DNA of 64,000 nt from Pseudomonadota bacterium. Lineage in GTDB: Bacteria > Pseudomonadota > Alphaproteobacteria > Sphingomonadales > Sphingomonadaceae. Shown in pieces: positions 47,171-57,610 of the stretch. Under the pieces are notes generated by a model. The model was not told where the DNA came from, did not search any database, and saw nothing but the letters and a program-made list of their open reading frames with translations. Numbering within the stretch: the stretch's first letter is position 1; each line of letters opens with the position of its first letter. Made by a program: the position numbers and the translations under genes. The stretch spans positions 6,290 to 70,289 of the forward strand of contig JAFECL010000003.1 of assembly GCA_018242165.1 (NCBI GenBank). The letters run 5' to 3'.

Positions 47171-48427
47171 TTACTCTCCGTCCAGCCCGTAGGCGGTGTG
47201 CAGCACGCGGACGGCCAGTTCGGTCTCGTCCTCGTCGATCAGCACCGAAACCTTGATCTCCGAGGTAGAGATCGCCTGGATGTTGATCCCCCGATCGGCC
47301 AGCGCCTTGAACATGGTGCTGGCAACGCCCGCATGGCTGCGCATGCCGACGCCGACGACGCTGATCTTGGCGACCTTGGCGTCGGTGATGATCCGGTTGA
47401 AGCCGATCACGTCGCGCTGGGCTTCCAGCAGGGTCTGCGCGCGCAGCAGGTCGGCGGCGGGGACGGTGAAGGTCACGTCGGTTTCGCCCTTGTCGCGGCC
47501 GACGTTCTGGATGATCATGTCGACGTTGATGTTCGCGCCGGCCAGCGGCGAGAAGATCGCGGCAACGGTGCCGGGCTTGTCGGGCACGCGGGTCAGGATC
47601 ACCTTCGCTTCGTTCTTGTCGGCGGCGATGCCGGTGATCAGCTGGGCTTCCATGTCCAATCCTTCCAGTTCCTCGTCGGAAACGATCATCGTGCCGGGGA
47701 TCTCGTCGGCCGGGGTGGCATCGTCGTCGATGAAAGACGAGAGCACCTGCACCCGCACCCCTTCCTTCATCGCCAGGCTGACCGAGCGGGTCTGCAGCAC
47801 CTTCGAGCCGACCGAGGCCAGTTCGAGCATTTCCTCGTAGGTGACGTGCTTCAGCTTCTTCGCCTTGGCGACGATCCGCGGGTCGGTGGTATAGACCCCG
47901 TCGACATCGGTGTAGATGTCGCAGCGGTCGGCCTTCAGCGCCGCCGCCACCGCCACCGCGCTGGTGTCGCTGCCGCCACGGCCCAGCGTGGTCACGCGCC
48001 CGGCGTCGGAAACACCCTGGAACCCCGGGATCACCGCGATTTCGCCCGCGGCCATGCTGGCGGCGATGGCGTCGGTCTCGATCTCGCCGATCCGCGCCTT
48101 GGCATAGGCATCGTCGGTGTGGATCGGCAGCTGCCAGCCCAGCCAGCTGCGCGCCTTGCAGCCCAGCGCCTGCAGGGTCAGCGCTAGCAGGCCGCTGGTC
48201 ACCTGTTCGCCGCTGGCCACGACCACGTCGTATTCGGCGGGATCGTAAAGCGGGTTGGCCTCGCGGCAGAAGTTGACCAGCCGGTCGGTCTCACCGGCCA
48301 TGGCCGATACCACCACCGCCACTTCGTGCCCGGCGGCCTGCTGGCGCGCGACGATCCGCGCGACCCGGCGGATGCGCTCGGTCCCGGCCATGCTGGTGCC
48401 GCCGAATTTCATCACGATCCGCCCCAT
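47171..48427 (-). CDS. lysC: Aspartate kinase
   Basis: 'MKFGGTS', 'VVSAM', 'TLGRGGSD', 'TDVDGVYTTDP', ACT domains. Confidence 0.97.
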   Translation of the reverse strand: MGRIVMKFGGTSMAGTERIRRVARIVARQQAAGHEVAVVVSAMAGETDRLVNFCREANPLYDPAEYDVVVASGEQVTSGLLALTLQALGCKARSWLGWQLPIHTDDAYAKARIGEIETDAIAASMAAGEIAVIPGFQGVSDAGRVTTLGRGGSDTSAVAVAAALKADRCDIYTDVDGVYTTDPRIVAKAKKLKHVTYEEMLELASVGSKVLQTRSVSLAMKEGVRVQVLSSFIDDDATPADEIPGTMIVSDEELEGLDMEAQLITGIAADKNEAKVILTRVPDKPGTVAAIFSPLAGANINVDMIIQNVGRDKGETDVTFTVPAADLLRAQTLLEAQRDVIGFNRIITDAKVAKISVVGVGMRSHAGVASTMFKALADRGINIQAISTSEIKVSVLIDEDETELAVRVLHTAYGLDGE

Positions 48428-48512
48428 CGGGCCCGCACTCCTGTGCCGAAAGACAAGAATCTTGCGCCGCCGGGGCTTGCCCGGCACGGCGGGGGCGCTT
48501 TAGGGTCCGCCC

Positions 48513-49247
48513 ATGAGCAATGCAACCCGCCCCGCGACGATCCGGCCCGAGGAAGCCGCCCATTTCGGCAAGCTGGCGGCCGACTGGTGGGATCCCAAGG
48601 GCTCCTCGGCGATGCTGCACCGGCTGAACCCGGTGCGGCTGGGCTTTGTCCGCGCCGCGATCGACGCCCATTGGCAGGGCGATTCGCACGGGGTGCGCCC
48701 GCTGGCGGGGCGGCGCGCGCTCGACGTCGGCTGCGGCGCGGGCCTCTTGTGCGAACCGCTCGCCCGGCTGGGGGCCGAGGTCACCGGGGTGGACGCGGCG
48801 GCGGAAAACATCGCGGCGGCCACGGCCCATGCCGCAGGTTCGCGGCTGGCGATCGACTACCGCTGTGGCGATCTGGCCGAATTGGGCCTCAAGGACTTCG
48901 ATCTCGTCACCGCGCTCGAGGTGATCGAACACGTCGCCGACAAGCCGGCCTTCGTCGCCGCGCTGGCCGGCGCGCTGGCCCCGGGCGGGCTGATGGTGCT
49001 GTCGTGCCCCAACCGCACCCCGAAGTCGAAGCTGCTGATGGTCGAGGGGGCGGAACGGCTGGGCCTGATCCCGCGCGGCACCCACCACTGGGACGATTTC
49101 GCCACGCCGGACGAATTGCGCGAGCTGCTGGCCATGGCGGGGCTGAAGATGGGCGAGCCCAAGGGCATCGGCTGGAGCCCGCTGAAAGGCCTCCACCTGT
49201 CCGACGATCTGGCGCTCAATTACATCGTGACCGCCAGCCGGGCCTGA
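48513..49247 (+). CDS. ubiG: Ubiquinone biosynthesis O-methyltransferase
   Basis: 'WWDPKG..LHRLNPVRL', 'LDVGCGAG', 'EVIEHV'. Confidence 0.95.
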   Translation: MSNATRPATIRPEEAAHFGKLAADWWDPKGSSAMLHRLNPVRLGFVRAAIDAHWQGDSHGVRPLAGRRALDVGCGAGLLCEPLARLGAEVTGVDAAAENIAAATAHAAGSRLAIDYRCGDLAELGLKDFDLVTALEVIEHVADKPAFVAALAGALAPGGLMVLSCPNRTPKSKLLMVEGAERLGLIPRGTHHWDDFATPDELRELLAMAGLKMGEPKGIGWSPLKGLHLSDDLALNYIVTASRA

Positions 49248-49738
49248 ATCGCGGCCACCGCCGCCGCCTCGCGCGCGGCCCAGTCGCCCTCGATCCGGGT
49301 GAACGGCACCTTCGCGCGGTGGAGCATCTCCTCGGCCAGCGCGGCAAAGCGGGTGCGCAGCGGGCCCTTGCCGAAGAACCGCGTGCCATCGTCCACCCAC
49401 GGCGTATCGGCGGCGAACAGCAGGTAGTGGTCCGCCTTGGGGTAGGCCATCAGCGCCGCCGGCACCTCGCCGAACAGCATCTCGGCCCAGGCCGCGGTCA
49501 TCAGCTGGTCGGTATCGTGGAGGACAAGGCGCGGGTGCGCGGCAAGCGCCGCCTGGTTGGCCATGGCCTGCCCCTCGGCAATCGCCAGCAGATCGGCCAT
49601 GGTCAGGTCCGTGCCCTTTTCCTCGCAATAGGTCCGGCCATATTCGGGCACCCAGACCGCGCCAAAGCGCTCCGCCAGGCGGGCGGCCAGCACCGACTTG
49701 CCGGTGCTTTCGGCGCCGTGCAGGCAGATGGTGATCAT
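49220..49738 (-). CDS. NadR-like P-loop kinase domain protein
   Basis: Walker A 'GAESTGKS', 'VPEYGR', 'DTD', 'PWVDDGTR'; coupled to pnuC. Confidence 0.85.
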   Translation of the reverse strand: MITICLHGAESTGKSVLAARLAERFGAVWVPEYGRTYCEEKGTDLTMADLLAIAEGQAMANQAALAAHPRLVLHDTDQLMTAAWAEMLFGEVPAALMAYPKADHYLLFAADTPWVDDGTRFFGKGPLRTRFAALAEEMLHRAKVPFTRIEGDWAAREAAAVAAIQARLAVTM

Positions 49739-50316
49739 GCCGCCACCCTGTCGCCACGCCGCGCGGCGCGGACCCATTGTGCAAGGCCAATCAGCGAAAT
49801 CACCAGGAAAGCTCCATACAGCAGCGCCAGATAGTCAAGGTGACGATAGCGGTAGAGCGCGATCGAGGCGACATCGATCAGCACCCACAGCACCCAGTTT
49901 TCGACCCAGCGGGCGTTCAGCAGCAATTGCGCGGCGACACTGGCCCCGGTGACAGCCGAATCCGCGAAGGGCAGCGCGGCATTGGTGAAGCGCGCCATGG
50001 CCCAGCCCAGCCCCAGGCTGAGCACCACGGTCAGCCCGGCCCAGCCGGCGCGGGCCGGCCAGCCCAGCCAGCGCACCGGTACCGGGCCTGCGCCACCGCC
50101 GGCCCGCACCCAGTCGCGCCAGCCCAGCGCATTGACCACGAAGAAGAACACCTGCAGCCCGCATTCGCCATAAAGCCGGGCCTGGAACAGGGTAACGCCG
50201 ATCAGCGTGACCATCGCCATCGCCACCGGAAAGTTCCAGACCGAGCGGCGCACCAGCAGCACGATCTGGATCAGGCCCAGAAGGGCCCCGGCAATCTCGG
50301 TCCAGCTGGTGCTCAA
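49735..50316 (-). CDS. pnuC: PnuC-family nicotinamide riboside/vitamin transporter
   Basis: TTG start overlapping the arsC-family stop; 'PFADS..SVAAQLL..ENWVLWVLID'. Confidence 0.9.
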   Translation of the reverse strand: MSTSWTEIAGALLGLIQIVLLVRRSVWNFPVAMAMVTLIGVTLFQARLYGECGLQVFFFVVNALGWRDWVRAGGGAGPVPVRWLGWPARAGWAGLTVVLSLGLGWAMARFTNAALPFADSAVTGASVAAQLLLNARWVENWVLWVLIDVASIALYRYRHLDYLALLYGAFLVISLIGLAQWVRAARRGDRVAA

Positions 50317-50657
50317 AGTGCGGCCGCCCATTCCTCGGGCTTGAAGCCCACCAGCAGGCCGCCGGGGTGTTCGACCACCGGGCGCTTGATGCAGCTGGGG
50401 TTCGCCACCATCAGCGCGATGGCGCGGCCCTCGTCCAGCCCCTCGGTCTCGGCGGGGGGCAGCTTGCGGAAGGTGGTGCCGGCGCGGTTGAGCAGGCGCT
50501 CCCACCCCACCTGCCCCGCCCATTGCGCCAGCCGGGCGGGATCGGCGCCGGCCTTCTTGTAGTCATGGAACGCATATTCTGCGCCGCGCGCCTCCAGCCA
50601 CGTGCGGGCCTTCTTCACGGTGTCGCAGTTTGCAATTCCAAACATGGTTAACGTCAC
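50313..50657 (-). CDS. ArsC-family reductase (YffB/Spx-like)
   Basis: 'GIANCDTVKKAR', 'LLNRAGTTFRKL', 'IKRPV'; GGAGG RBS before GTG. Confidence 0.92.
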   Translation of the reverse strand: MTLTMFGIANCDTVKKARTWLEARGAEYAFHDYKKAGADPARLAQWAGQVGWERLLNRAGTTFRKLPPAETEGLDEGRAIALMVANPSCIKRPVVEHPGGLLVGFKPEEWAAAL

Positions 50658-50884
50658 TTCCGCCTCCTGCGAATCCAAAGCCTTACTGAACGAGGCAGGA
50701 AATAGCCGCACCCCAACATACTGGCACCAGCGAGGGCAAGGAATGCGTTGGTAGCCAATTCGCTTTTGGAAACCGCCGCGCTCCAGTTGCTCGCCACCAC
50801 CAGCACGAGAACGAACGCGAAGAGCGAAACTGCGGCTCCCCTGTGGATGTTGCGCGCCGTCAAGCTGAAGCTCCCAAGCAGCAT
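50654..50884 (-). CDS. Small hypothetical membrane protein (76 aa)
   Basis: Two hydrophobic segments and a basic tail; stop overlaps the arsC-family GTG (GTGA). Confidence 0.45.
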   Translation of the reverse strand: MLLGSFSLTARNIHRGAAVSLFAFVLVLVVASNWSAAVSKSELATNAFLALAGASMLGCGYFLPRSVRLWIRRRRK

Positions 50885-50942
50885 TTTCCGTCTACAACCC
50901 TTGCAAACTGCTCGCAGTTGGGGATGCCGCAGAGCGTGATCA

Positions 50943-51254
50943 TCAAGGGCGCCCTTCAGGGAACTGGTGGTGGCGGGTGACGGGGCCCGACAGCAGCTCG
51001 TATTCGGCGTAATATTCCGCGCGGCCGCGCCCCTGCACTGTGCTGTGTTCGGCGTTGCGGCGCCAGCCGAGCGCGGCTGCCTCATCGGCCCAGGCGCTGA
51101 TCGCCACCACCTCGCCATCCTCGGCAGTATAGCTCTTGAACCACAGGAAGCCGGGCTGGGCTTGCGCCAAATCGACCATCCGGTCGGCATCGGCACCATA
51201 GGCTGCACCATCGAGGTCGGCGCGCTTGCGGTTGCGGAAGACCACCAGATACAC
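50943..51254 (-). CDS. Antibiotic biosynthesis monooxygenase (ABM) domain protein
   Basis: 'QPGFL', 'ISAWADEAAALGWRRNAEH..Q..GR..YY'; GGGGAG RBS before GTG. Confidence 0.85.
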   Translation of the reverse strand: MYLVVFRNRKRADLDGAAYGADADRMVDLAQAQPGFLWFKSYTAEDGEVVAISAWADEAAALGWRRNAEHSTVQGRGRAEYYAEYELLSGPVTRHHQFPEGRP

Positions 51255-51343
51255 GTTTGATTCTCCCCTTGCCGCTTCCCTAGCGCTGCCTTGCGCCGCT
51301 GGGGAGTGGACATTTCGCCACTTTGGCGACAAAGCCCGTGGCC

Positions 51344-52411
51344 ATGAGCCACAACAGCTTCGGCCACCTGTTCCGTTTCACCACCTGGGGCGAGAGCCAC
51401 GGGCCGGCGATCGGCGCCGTGGTCGATGGCTGCCCGCCGGGGCTGGAACTGAACGAGGGGCTGATTCAGCCCTTTCTCGATGCGCGGCGTCCGGGCCAGT
51501 CGAAGTTCACCACCCAGCGGCAGGAGCCCGACGCGGTGCGGATCCTCTCGGGGGTGTTCGAGGGGCGCACCACCGGCACGCCGATCAGCTTGATGATCGA
51601 GAACGTCGATCAGCGCTCGAAGGACTATTCCGAGGTCGCCCAGGCCTATCGCCCCGGCCATGCCGACTATGCCTACGATGCCAAGTACGGCCTGCGCGAC
51701 TATCGTGGCGGCGGGCGCAGCAGCGCGCGCGAGACGGCCAGCCGCGTAGCGGCGGGGGCGGTGGCGCGGCTGGTGCTGCCCGAGGTGACGATCCGCGCCT
51801 GGGTCGCCGAAATCGGCGGCGACGCGATCGATCCGGCCAATTTCGATGCGGCCGAAATCGCCCGCAACCCGTTCTTCTGCCCCGATGCCAAGGCCGCCGC
51901 GCGCTGGGAAAAGCTGGTTGACGATGCCCGCCTTGCCGGCTCGTCGCTGGGCGCGGTGGTCGCCTGCGAGGCGACGGGCGTGCCCGCCGGCTGGGGCGCG
52001 CCGCTCTACGGCAAGCTCGATGCCGATCTGGCTGCAGCGATGATGGGGATCAACGCGGTGAAAGGCGTGGAGATCGGCGATGGCTTCGCCGCCGCGCGCC
52101 TGTCGGGCGAGACCAATGCCGATCCGATGCGGCCGGGTGCCACCGGGCCGGAATTCCTTGCCAACCATGCCGGCGGGATTGCCGGGGGGATCAGCACCGG
52201 TCAGCCGGTGGCGGTGCGTCTGGCCTTCAAGCCGACCAGCAGTATCCTCACCCCGGTCGAAACCATCGATCGCGCCGGCGCGGCAACGCAAATCCGTACC
52301 AAGGGCCGCCATGACCCCTGCGTGGGCATTCGCGGCGTGCCGGTGGTGGAAGCGATGATGGCGCTGGTGCTGGCCGACCACAAGCTGCGCCACAAGGCGC
52401 AGTGCGGCTAG
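51344..52411 (+). CDS. aroC: Chorismate synthase
   Basis: 'TWGESHG', 'RPGHAD', '[10 protein letters not shown]', 'GRHDPC'. Confidence 0.98.
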   Translation: MSHNSFGHLFRFTTWGESHGPAIGAVVDGCPPGLELNEGLIQPFLDARRPGQSKFTTQRQEPDAVRILSGVFEGRTTGTPISLMIENVDQRSKDYSEVAQAYRPGHADYAYDAKYGLRDYRGGGRSSARETASRVAAGAVARLVLPEVTIRAWVAEIGGDAIDPANFDAAEIARNPFFCPDAKAAARWEKLVDDARLAGSSLGAVVACEATGVPAGWGAPLYGKLDADLAAAMMGINAVKGVEIGDGFAAARLSGETNADPMRPGATGPEFLANHAGGIAGGISTGQPVAVRLAFKPTSSILTPVETIDRAGAATQIRTKGRHDPCVGIRGVPVVEAMMALVLADHKLRHKAQCG

Positions 52412-52734
52412 GCCACCCCTTCGTACAGCCAGGCCTCGACCGGCCCCTGCGCGGTTGCACAGGCCACCCGCACCCGGCGGTACCCCTCGCCCTCGAAGTC
52501 ATCCAGCCGCGCCCAGTGTGTGGCCAGATCGGCCGAACGGAAGATCCACACCGGCACCGCAGGCCCCGCCGGGTCGAGCTTCAGCGCGGGATAGCCCAGC
52601 GCCGCGCCCCAGCCTTCGGGCACCAGATGGCCCCGCACGGTGCCTTCCAGCCATTCACCCGCCAGCCCGTCAAGCTGGTGATGGTTGCTGCGCCCGGGGG
52701 CGAGCGTGCCGTAAGTGGCGAGGGCCTCGGTCAT
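52408..52734 (-). CDS. Gamma-glutamylcyclotransferase/AIG2-like protein
   Basis: 'YGTL', 'GYPAL', 'LDDFEG..YRR'. Confidence 0.88.
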   Translation of the reverse strand: MTEALATYGTLAPGRSNHHQLDGLAGEWLEGTVRGHLVPEGWGAALGYPALKLDPAGPAVPVWIFRSADLATHWARLDDFEGEGYRRVRVACATAQGPVEAWLYEGVA

Positions 52735-53303
52735 CCGCGCGGCTTTCTCAGGATGATATAGACCGCTCCGCCGCCGCCGTGGCGGGGGTGGGCAGGGCGG
52801 ATCGCGGCGATGCGCCCGGCATGCTGGCCGGCCAGCAGCCAGTCGACGAATTTGGCTCGGATCGCGCCGCGCGCCTCACCACGGTCGGCGGCGGGCTGGG
52901 GGCGGGGGCGCCCGGTGATCAGCAGTACCAGCCGCGCGCCCTGCGCCAGCGCCAGGGCGAGGCCGTGTTCCAGCCGGGTGTGGGCGGCATCGAGGCTGGC
53001 GCCATGCAGGTCGAGGGTGAATTCGGGTGACAGCAGCCCGCGCGCCAGCCGCCGGTCCCACCCGGCATCGAGCCCGTGGGCATCGATCCGGCGCGGCGGC
53101 GGCGGTGCCGGGGCGGGCGGGGGCGGAGGCGGGGGCACCCGGCCCTTGGCCCGCTTGACCGGGGCCGGGGCAGGGGTGGGCACGGCGACGGGCGCCAGCG
53201 GCACGGGCCGGGCCGCTCGCGCGGGATCGATCGGGGAAACGGTGGCCGCCACCCGGGCCCAGAGTTCCGCCTCCGCCGCGCTCAGGCGGCGCGGGGTTCT
53301 CAC
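52731..53303 (-). CDS. Smr domain protein
   Basis: 'LDLHG', 'LLITG', 'HGGGGAVY'. Confidence 0.9.
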   Translation of the reverse strand: MRTPRRLSAAEAELWARVAATVSPIDPARAARPVPLAPVAVPTPAPAPVKRAKGRVPPPPPPPAPAPPPPRRIDAHGLDAGWDRRLARGLLSPEFTLDLHGASLDAAHTRLEHGLALALAQGARLVLLITGRPRPQPAADRGEARGAIRAKFVDWLLAGQHAGRIAAIRPAHPRHGGGGAVYIILRKPRG

Positions 53304-54562
53304 CTCAGGCCAAGGCGCAGCAAGGTGCCGCGCGGCAGCAGCAGCAGGGCGCGGCCCCGGCCAGACAGCCCGCCGGCGGTGGCGCGCGCGTCGGGGCCCG
53401 CGCCCCAGAACGAATCGAAGCGGTTCGCGCCCTTGATCGCCCCGCCGGTATCCTGTGCCACCCACAGCCCGTTGGCGACATTGGCCCCGGCCAGGGTGCC
53501 GTCCATCGCCAGGAACACCGGGGCACCCAGCGGCACGAACAGCGGATCGGCGGCCAGGGTCACGTGGGCCCGCACCGGCACGCCCAGCGCGCCCACCGGC
53601 CCGTCGCCGGTCAGTTCGCGGAAGAACACCCAGCTCTTGTTGCGATCCATCAGCGCCTTGCCGTCCGCCGGATGCTCGCGCAGGTAGGCCATCACCCCCT
53701 GCATCGATCCGGGGTACTGGCCGGGGCCGGTGCCGATCAGCCCGGCTTCGCGCATCGCGGCGCCGATGCTGGTATAATCGCGCCCGTTGTCGGCGGCATA
53801 GCCCAGCCGCACCACGCTGCCATCGGGCGCGCGCAGCCGGCCGGAACCCTGGATCTGGAGGAAGAACAGTTCGACCGGATCGGCCGCCCAGCCCAGCTCC
53901 AGCCCCTTGCCCGCCAGGATCCCGCCCTCGATCTCGGCGCGCTCGTAATAGGGGGTGAACTGACCGGTCTCGTCATAGCGGCCGAACGGTGTCATCCCGT
54001 TGGGCTTCAGCGGCGCATCGCCGGGCCGGGCATGAACCAGATCGGCCGGGACGCCATAGACCGGAACCTCGAAGCCCGGCTGGCGGGTGCGGGTGCCGGT
54101 GATTTCGGGTTCGTAATAGCCGGTAACGAAAGTCGCCCCGCCGCCGACCATGGCGGTTTCGAAATAGCGTGCGAAGAAGCTGTCAGCCTGGGCCAGCGGC
54201 CAGCCGGTGGCGGCGGCGCAGGCCCCCTGCCAGTCGGCCGGGACGGTCAGCCCCGAAGGGTCGCGCCGCTGGGCCAGCCGGGGGCAGCTCTCGCGGAACG
54301 AGATCAGCGCCGGGCCGGCGCTGGCCGCGGTCAGCCCCAGGGTATCGACGGGCGGGCCGGAAACCACGCCGGCTTCCAGCGCGCTCTTGGGCGGGGCCGG
54401 GGTTTGGCTGGCCGCAGGGGCAGGCCCGGGCACCGCCGGGCGGCTGAGCGGGGGCGGGGTGGTCGGCAAGTGGCTTTCGGGGATGATCCGCCCGCAGGCG
54501 GCCAGCAGCAACAGCGGCACCAGCAAGGCGGGCCGTGCCAGCCCGTTCAACCACGCGATCAT
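53300..54562 (-). CDS. mltA: Membrane-bound lytic murein transglycosylase A
   Basis: Lipobox LLAAC; 'TGYYEP', 'LQIQGSG', 'QDTGGAIKG.RFD.FWG'. Confidence 0.93.
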   Translation of the reverse strand: MIAWLNGLARPALLVPLLLLAACGRIIPESHLPTTPPPLSRPAVPGPAPAASQTPAPPKSALEAGVVSGPPVDTLGLTAASAGPALISFRESCPRLAQRRDPSGLTVPADWQGACAAATGWPLAQADSFFARYFETAMVGGGATFVTGYYEPEITGTRTRQPGFEVPVYGVPADLVHARPGDAPLKPNGMTPFGRYDETGQFTPYYERAEIEGGILAGKGLELGWAADPVELFFLQIQGSGRLRAPDGSVVRLGYAADNGRDYTSIGAAMREAGLIGTGPGQYPGSMQGVMAYLREHPADGKALMDRNKSWVFFRELTGDGPVGALGVPVRAHVTLAADPLFVPLGAPVFLAMDGTLAGANVANGLWVAQDTGGAIKGANRFDSFWGAGPDARATAGGLSGRGRALLLLPRGTLLRLGLR

Positions 54563-54585
54563 TCCATCTCCCCAGCGGCTGGCGA

Positions 54586-55257
54586 TCAGCCGGCGTCGGT
54601 CTCGTCCAGATGCCAGTCAGGCTCGTTCGAGGCGACGTTGCGCGAAAAGCTCCACACGTCGCGCACCTCGACCGCATCGGTCAGCGATCCGGCCACCACC
54701 TTGCCATCCTTGTCGCGGGTGACGGCGGCGATATCGGCGACGAAGCGGATCGTGACCCGCTCGACCGGGGCGGCATAGCTGGCGGCGACGATGCTGGTTT
54801 CCTCGATCCGCACCAGCCGGTTGTCGACCACCTCGCCCTTCGCGGCACGGGCGGCGATCGCCTCGGCAAAGCCGGCCATGACATGCGGGTGGCACAATTT
54901 GGCGAGTGCTTCCTCGTCTCCGGCCCAGAAGGCCTCGAGAATCATCTTGTAGGCACCGCGCGCCGCCTCGACGAAAGCGGCGGGATCGAACCGGCGATCG
55001 GCCGCCGCAATGTCACGCAGGCCACGCTCCACCGCCGGCAGCAGCGGCGCGGTTTCGCGCGGGCGGGGGGCGGCGCTGCCGCCTTCGAGGGCGGCACGCT
55101 CGGGCAGGCGGGCCGGGGCGGGGGCCGGGTTGGCGGCGTCGAACCGGCGCACCGGCTCGTCCTGATGCTCCGCCCGGCGGCCCAGCACGGCATAGAGCCG
55201 AAGGCCGAGGAACGCGGCGATCATCGCCAGGATCACGATTTCTGCGGTACCACCCAT
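54586..55257 (-). CDS. Tim44/TimA family protein
   Basis: 'IVILAMIAAFLGLRLYAVLGRR', 'FDPAAF', 'DVWSFSR..PDW'. Confidence 0.9.
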   Translation of the reverse strand: MGGTAEIVILAMIAAFLGLRLYAVLGRRAEHQDEPVRRFDAANPAPAPARLPERAALEGGSAAPRPRETAPLLPAVERGLRDIAAADRRFDPAAFVEAARGAYKMILEAFWAGDEEALAKLCHPHVMAGFAEAIAARAAKGEVVDNRLVRIEETSIVAASYAAPVERVTIRFVADIAAVTRDKDGKVVAGSLTDAVEVRDVWSFSRNVASNEPDWHLDETDAG

Positions 55258-55463
55258 ATCCGTCTGCCTGCCCTGCGCCTTGTCCGGCGCCTTTCCATCT
55301 TGCCCTAGATAGTAGCGCAAGACAAATGAACAACGCATGGACGCCGCCCTGCGGAGGTTTTTTTGGGCCGGCGTGGCCGGTTGCCCTCGGCTCCGCCCGG
55401 TGCTAGTCGCCCCGCGACATCAAGGGCCGCGCATCCGCGCCAGCGCCCGGCAAGGAACCCATC

Positions 55464-55991
55464 ATGGCCGACGAAGGCAACGTCATCACCGATCTCAACC
55501 TCGATCAGCCGGCGCCGAACGGCGCCGATACCGGCCCGGTGGCCGGGGTCGTCTCGCAATATGTCAAGGACCTGTCGGTCGAGAATCCCAATGCCCCGGC
55601 GGTCTATGCCTGGACCGACGCGCCGCAGATCGACGTCCAGTTCAACATCATGGCCGCCCAGGTCGAGGGTGAACTGCACGAAGTGCAGCTGAAGATCCAG
55701 GTTACCGCCAAGCTGGAAGCCGGCACCGCCTACATCGTCGATCTGACCTATGCCGGGATGATCGGGATGCGCGGGCTGGACGAGCCCAACATGCATGCCT
55801 TCATGTATGCCGAGGCGCCGCGCATCCTGTTCCCCTTCGCCCGCCGGGTGATCGCCGATGCGGTGCGCGATGCCGGTTTCACCCCGCTGATGCTCGAACC
55901 GATCGACTTCAACGGGCTCTACCTCCAGCAACTGCAGGCCGCCCAGGCCCAGGCCGAGGGCACCGACGAAACCCCGGCCGGGAATGCCTGA
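55464..55991 (+). CDS. secB: Protein-export chaperone SecB
   Basis: 'QYVKDLSVENPNAP', 'PRILFPFAR', 'PLMLEPIDF'. Confidence 0.96.
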   Translation: MADEGNVITDLNLDQPAPNGADTGPVAGVVSQYVKDLSVENPNAPAVYAWTDAPQIDVQFNIMAAQVEGELHEVQLKIQVTAKLEAGTAYIVDLTYAGMIGMRGLDEPNMHAFMYAEAPRILFPFARRVIADAVRDAGFTPLMLEPIDFNGLYLQQLQAAQAQAEGTDETPAGNA

Positions 55992-56030
55992 GCCGGGCGC
56001 GCGGCTGAACGGCCAGGGCCGGCTGGCGCG

Positions 56031-57590
56031 ATGAACCTGCTGAAGGCCACCGGCACCATCGGGGGCCTCACCCTCGTCAGCCGGGTGCTGGGGCTGGTGC
56101 GCGATTCGCTGTTCGCCCGGGTGATCGGCGCGGGCTTTGCCTCCGACGCCTTTCTGGTCGCCTTCCGCCTGCCCAACATGTTCCGCGCGCTGTTTGCCGA
56201 AGGGGCCTTTGCCAGCGCCTTCGTGCCGATGTTCAACCACAAGGCGGCCGATCCCGAGGGGCGCGGCCTGCCCGACGCGATCGCCTTTGCCGAAGCGGCG
56301 CTGAGCGTGCTGTTGCCGGCGCTGCTGGTGATGACCGCGCTGCTCGAGGCCTTTGCCTGGCCGTTGACGCTGGCGCTGTCGGGGCATTTCAACGGGGTTA
56401 GCCCCGAGCAGTTCGCTTTCGCGGTCACCCTGTCGCGGATCACCATTCCCTATCTGGCGCTGATCTCGCTGGTCAGCCTGCTGGGCGGGATCCTCAATTC
56501 GCTGCACAAGTTCTGGGTCAATGCGGCGGCGCCGATCCTGCTGAACCTGACGCTGATCGCGGCGCTGCTGCTGTTCCGCAGCCACGATCCGCTGCAGACG
56601 GCGCGCAACCAGGCCTGGGCGGTGACCGTGTCGGGCGTGCTGCAGCTGGGCTGGCTGGCCCATGCCTGCTGGCGCAACGGCGTCTCGCTGCGCCCGCACC
56701 TGCCGCGCCTGACCGCCGAGGTGCGGCGGCTGATGGGGCTGATCCTGCCGGCGGCGGCCGGGGCCGGGATGGTGCAGATCAACCTGCTGATCTCGACCGC
56801 GCTGGCCGCCGGGCTGCTGCCCCATGGCAGCGTTACCTACATCTACATGGCCGATCGGCTGAACCAGCTGCCGCTGGGGCTGGTCGGCATTGGCCTTGGC
56901 ACCGTGCTTCTGCCGCTGATCAGCCGCCAGCTGGGCGCGGGCGAGGAAGCAGCGGCGCTGGAAACCCAGAACCGTGGTCTCGAACTGGCCCTGGCGCTGA
57001 CCCTGCCGGCCACCATCGGCCTGGTCTTCTGCGGCGAGCCGATCGCCGCCGCGCTGTTCGGCTATGGCCGCTATACCCCGGCAGATACCCATGCCACCGC
57101 GCAGGCGCTGGCCGCCTTTTCGATCGGCCTGCCCAGCTACATTCTGGTGAAGGTGCTGACGCCCGGCTATTACGCCCGCCACGATACCGCCACCCCGGTG
57201 CGCTATGCCATGGTGGCGATGGCGGTGAACCTGGTGCTCAACCTCGCCCTGATCGTGCCGCTGGGCCATATGGGCCCGCCGCTGGCCACCGCGCTTTCCT
57301 CCACGGTCAACGTCGTGCTGCTTTATGCCACGCTGGTCCGGCGCGGGCACTTCGCGCCCGATCTGCGGCTCAGGCGGCGACTGTGGCGGCTGGCGGTGGC
57401 GGCGCTGACCATGGGGCTGGTGCTGGCCATGTGCCAGGGGCGGCTGATGCCCTATGTTCACGCCGGTTTCGTGGTCCGCACCCTGACGATGATCGTGCTG
57501 GTCGGCGCCGGCGCGCTGGTCTATGGCGCGGCCGCCGTCGCCATGGGGGCGATCACGCGGGCCGACCTTGCGCTGCTGCGGCGGCGCTGA
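56031..57590 (+). CDS. murJ: Lipid II flippase MurJ
   Basis: 'SRVLGLVRD', '[16 protein letters not shown]', '[10 protein letters not shown]'. Confidence 0.96.
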   Translation: MNLLKATGTIGGLTLVSRVLGLVRDSLFARVIGAGFASDAFLVAFRLPNMFRALFAEGAFASAFVPMFNHKAADPEGRGLPDAIAFAEAALSVLLPALLVMTALLEAFAWPLTLALSGHFNGVSPEQFAFAVTLSRITIPYLALISLVSLLGGILNSLHKFWVNAAAPILLNLTLIAALLLFRSHDPLQTARNQAWAVTVSGVLQLGWLAHACWRNGVSLRPHLPRLTAEVRRLMGLILPAAAGAGMVQINLLISTALAAGLLPHGSVTYIYMADRLNQLPLGLVGIGLGTVLLPLISRQLGAGEEAAALETQNRGLELALALTLPATIGLVFCGEPIAAALFGYGRYTPADTHATAQALAAFSIGLPSYILVKVLTPGYYARHDTATPVRYAMVAMAVNLVLNLALIVPLGHMGPPLATALSSTVNVVLLYATLVRRGHFAPDLRLRRRLWRLAVAALTMGLVLAMCQGRLMPYVHAGFVVRTLTMIVLVGAGALVYGAAAVAMGAITRADLALLRRR

Positions 57591-57610
57591 ACCAACCGAG
57601 AAGAACCGAC

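Noticed and set aside
49220-49247. 28-nt convergent overlap of ubiG and the NadR-like gene
   Set aside because: Short 3' overlaps are common in compact GC-rich genomes; nothing suggests a regulatory role.
36274-57461. Long antisense ORFs (e.g. 36274-38370, 40866-42818, 55305-57461; also 9902-11752, 20204-21865, 24272-26098)
   Set aside because: Shadow frames expected from high-GC codon bias opposite well-supported genes; no recognisable motifs.
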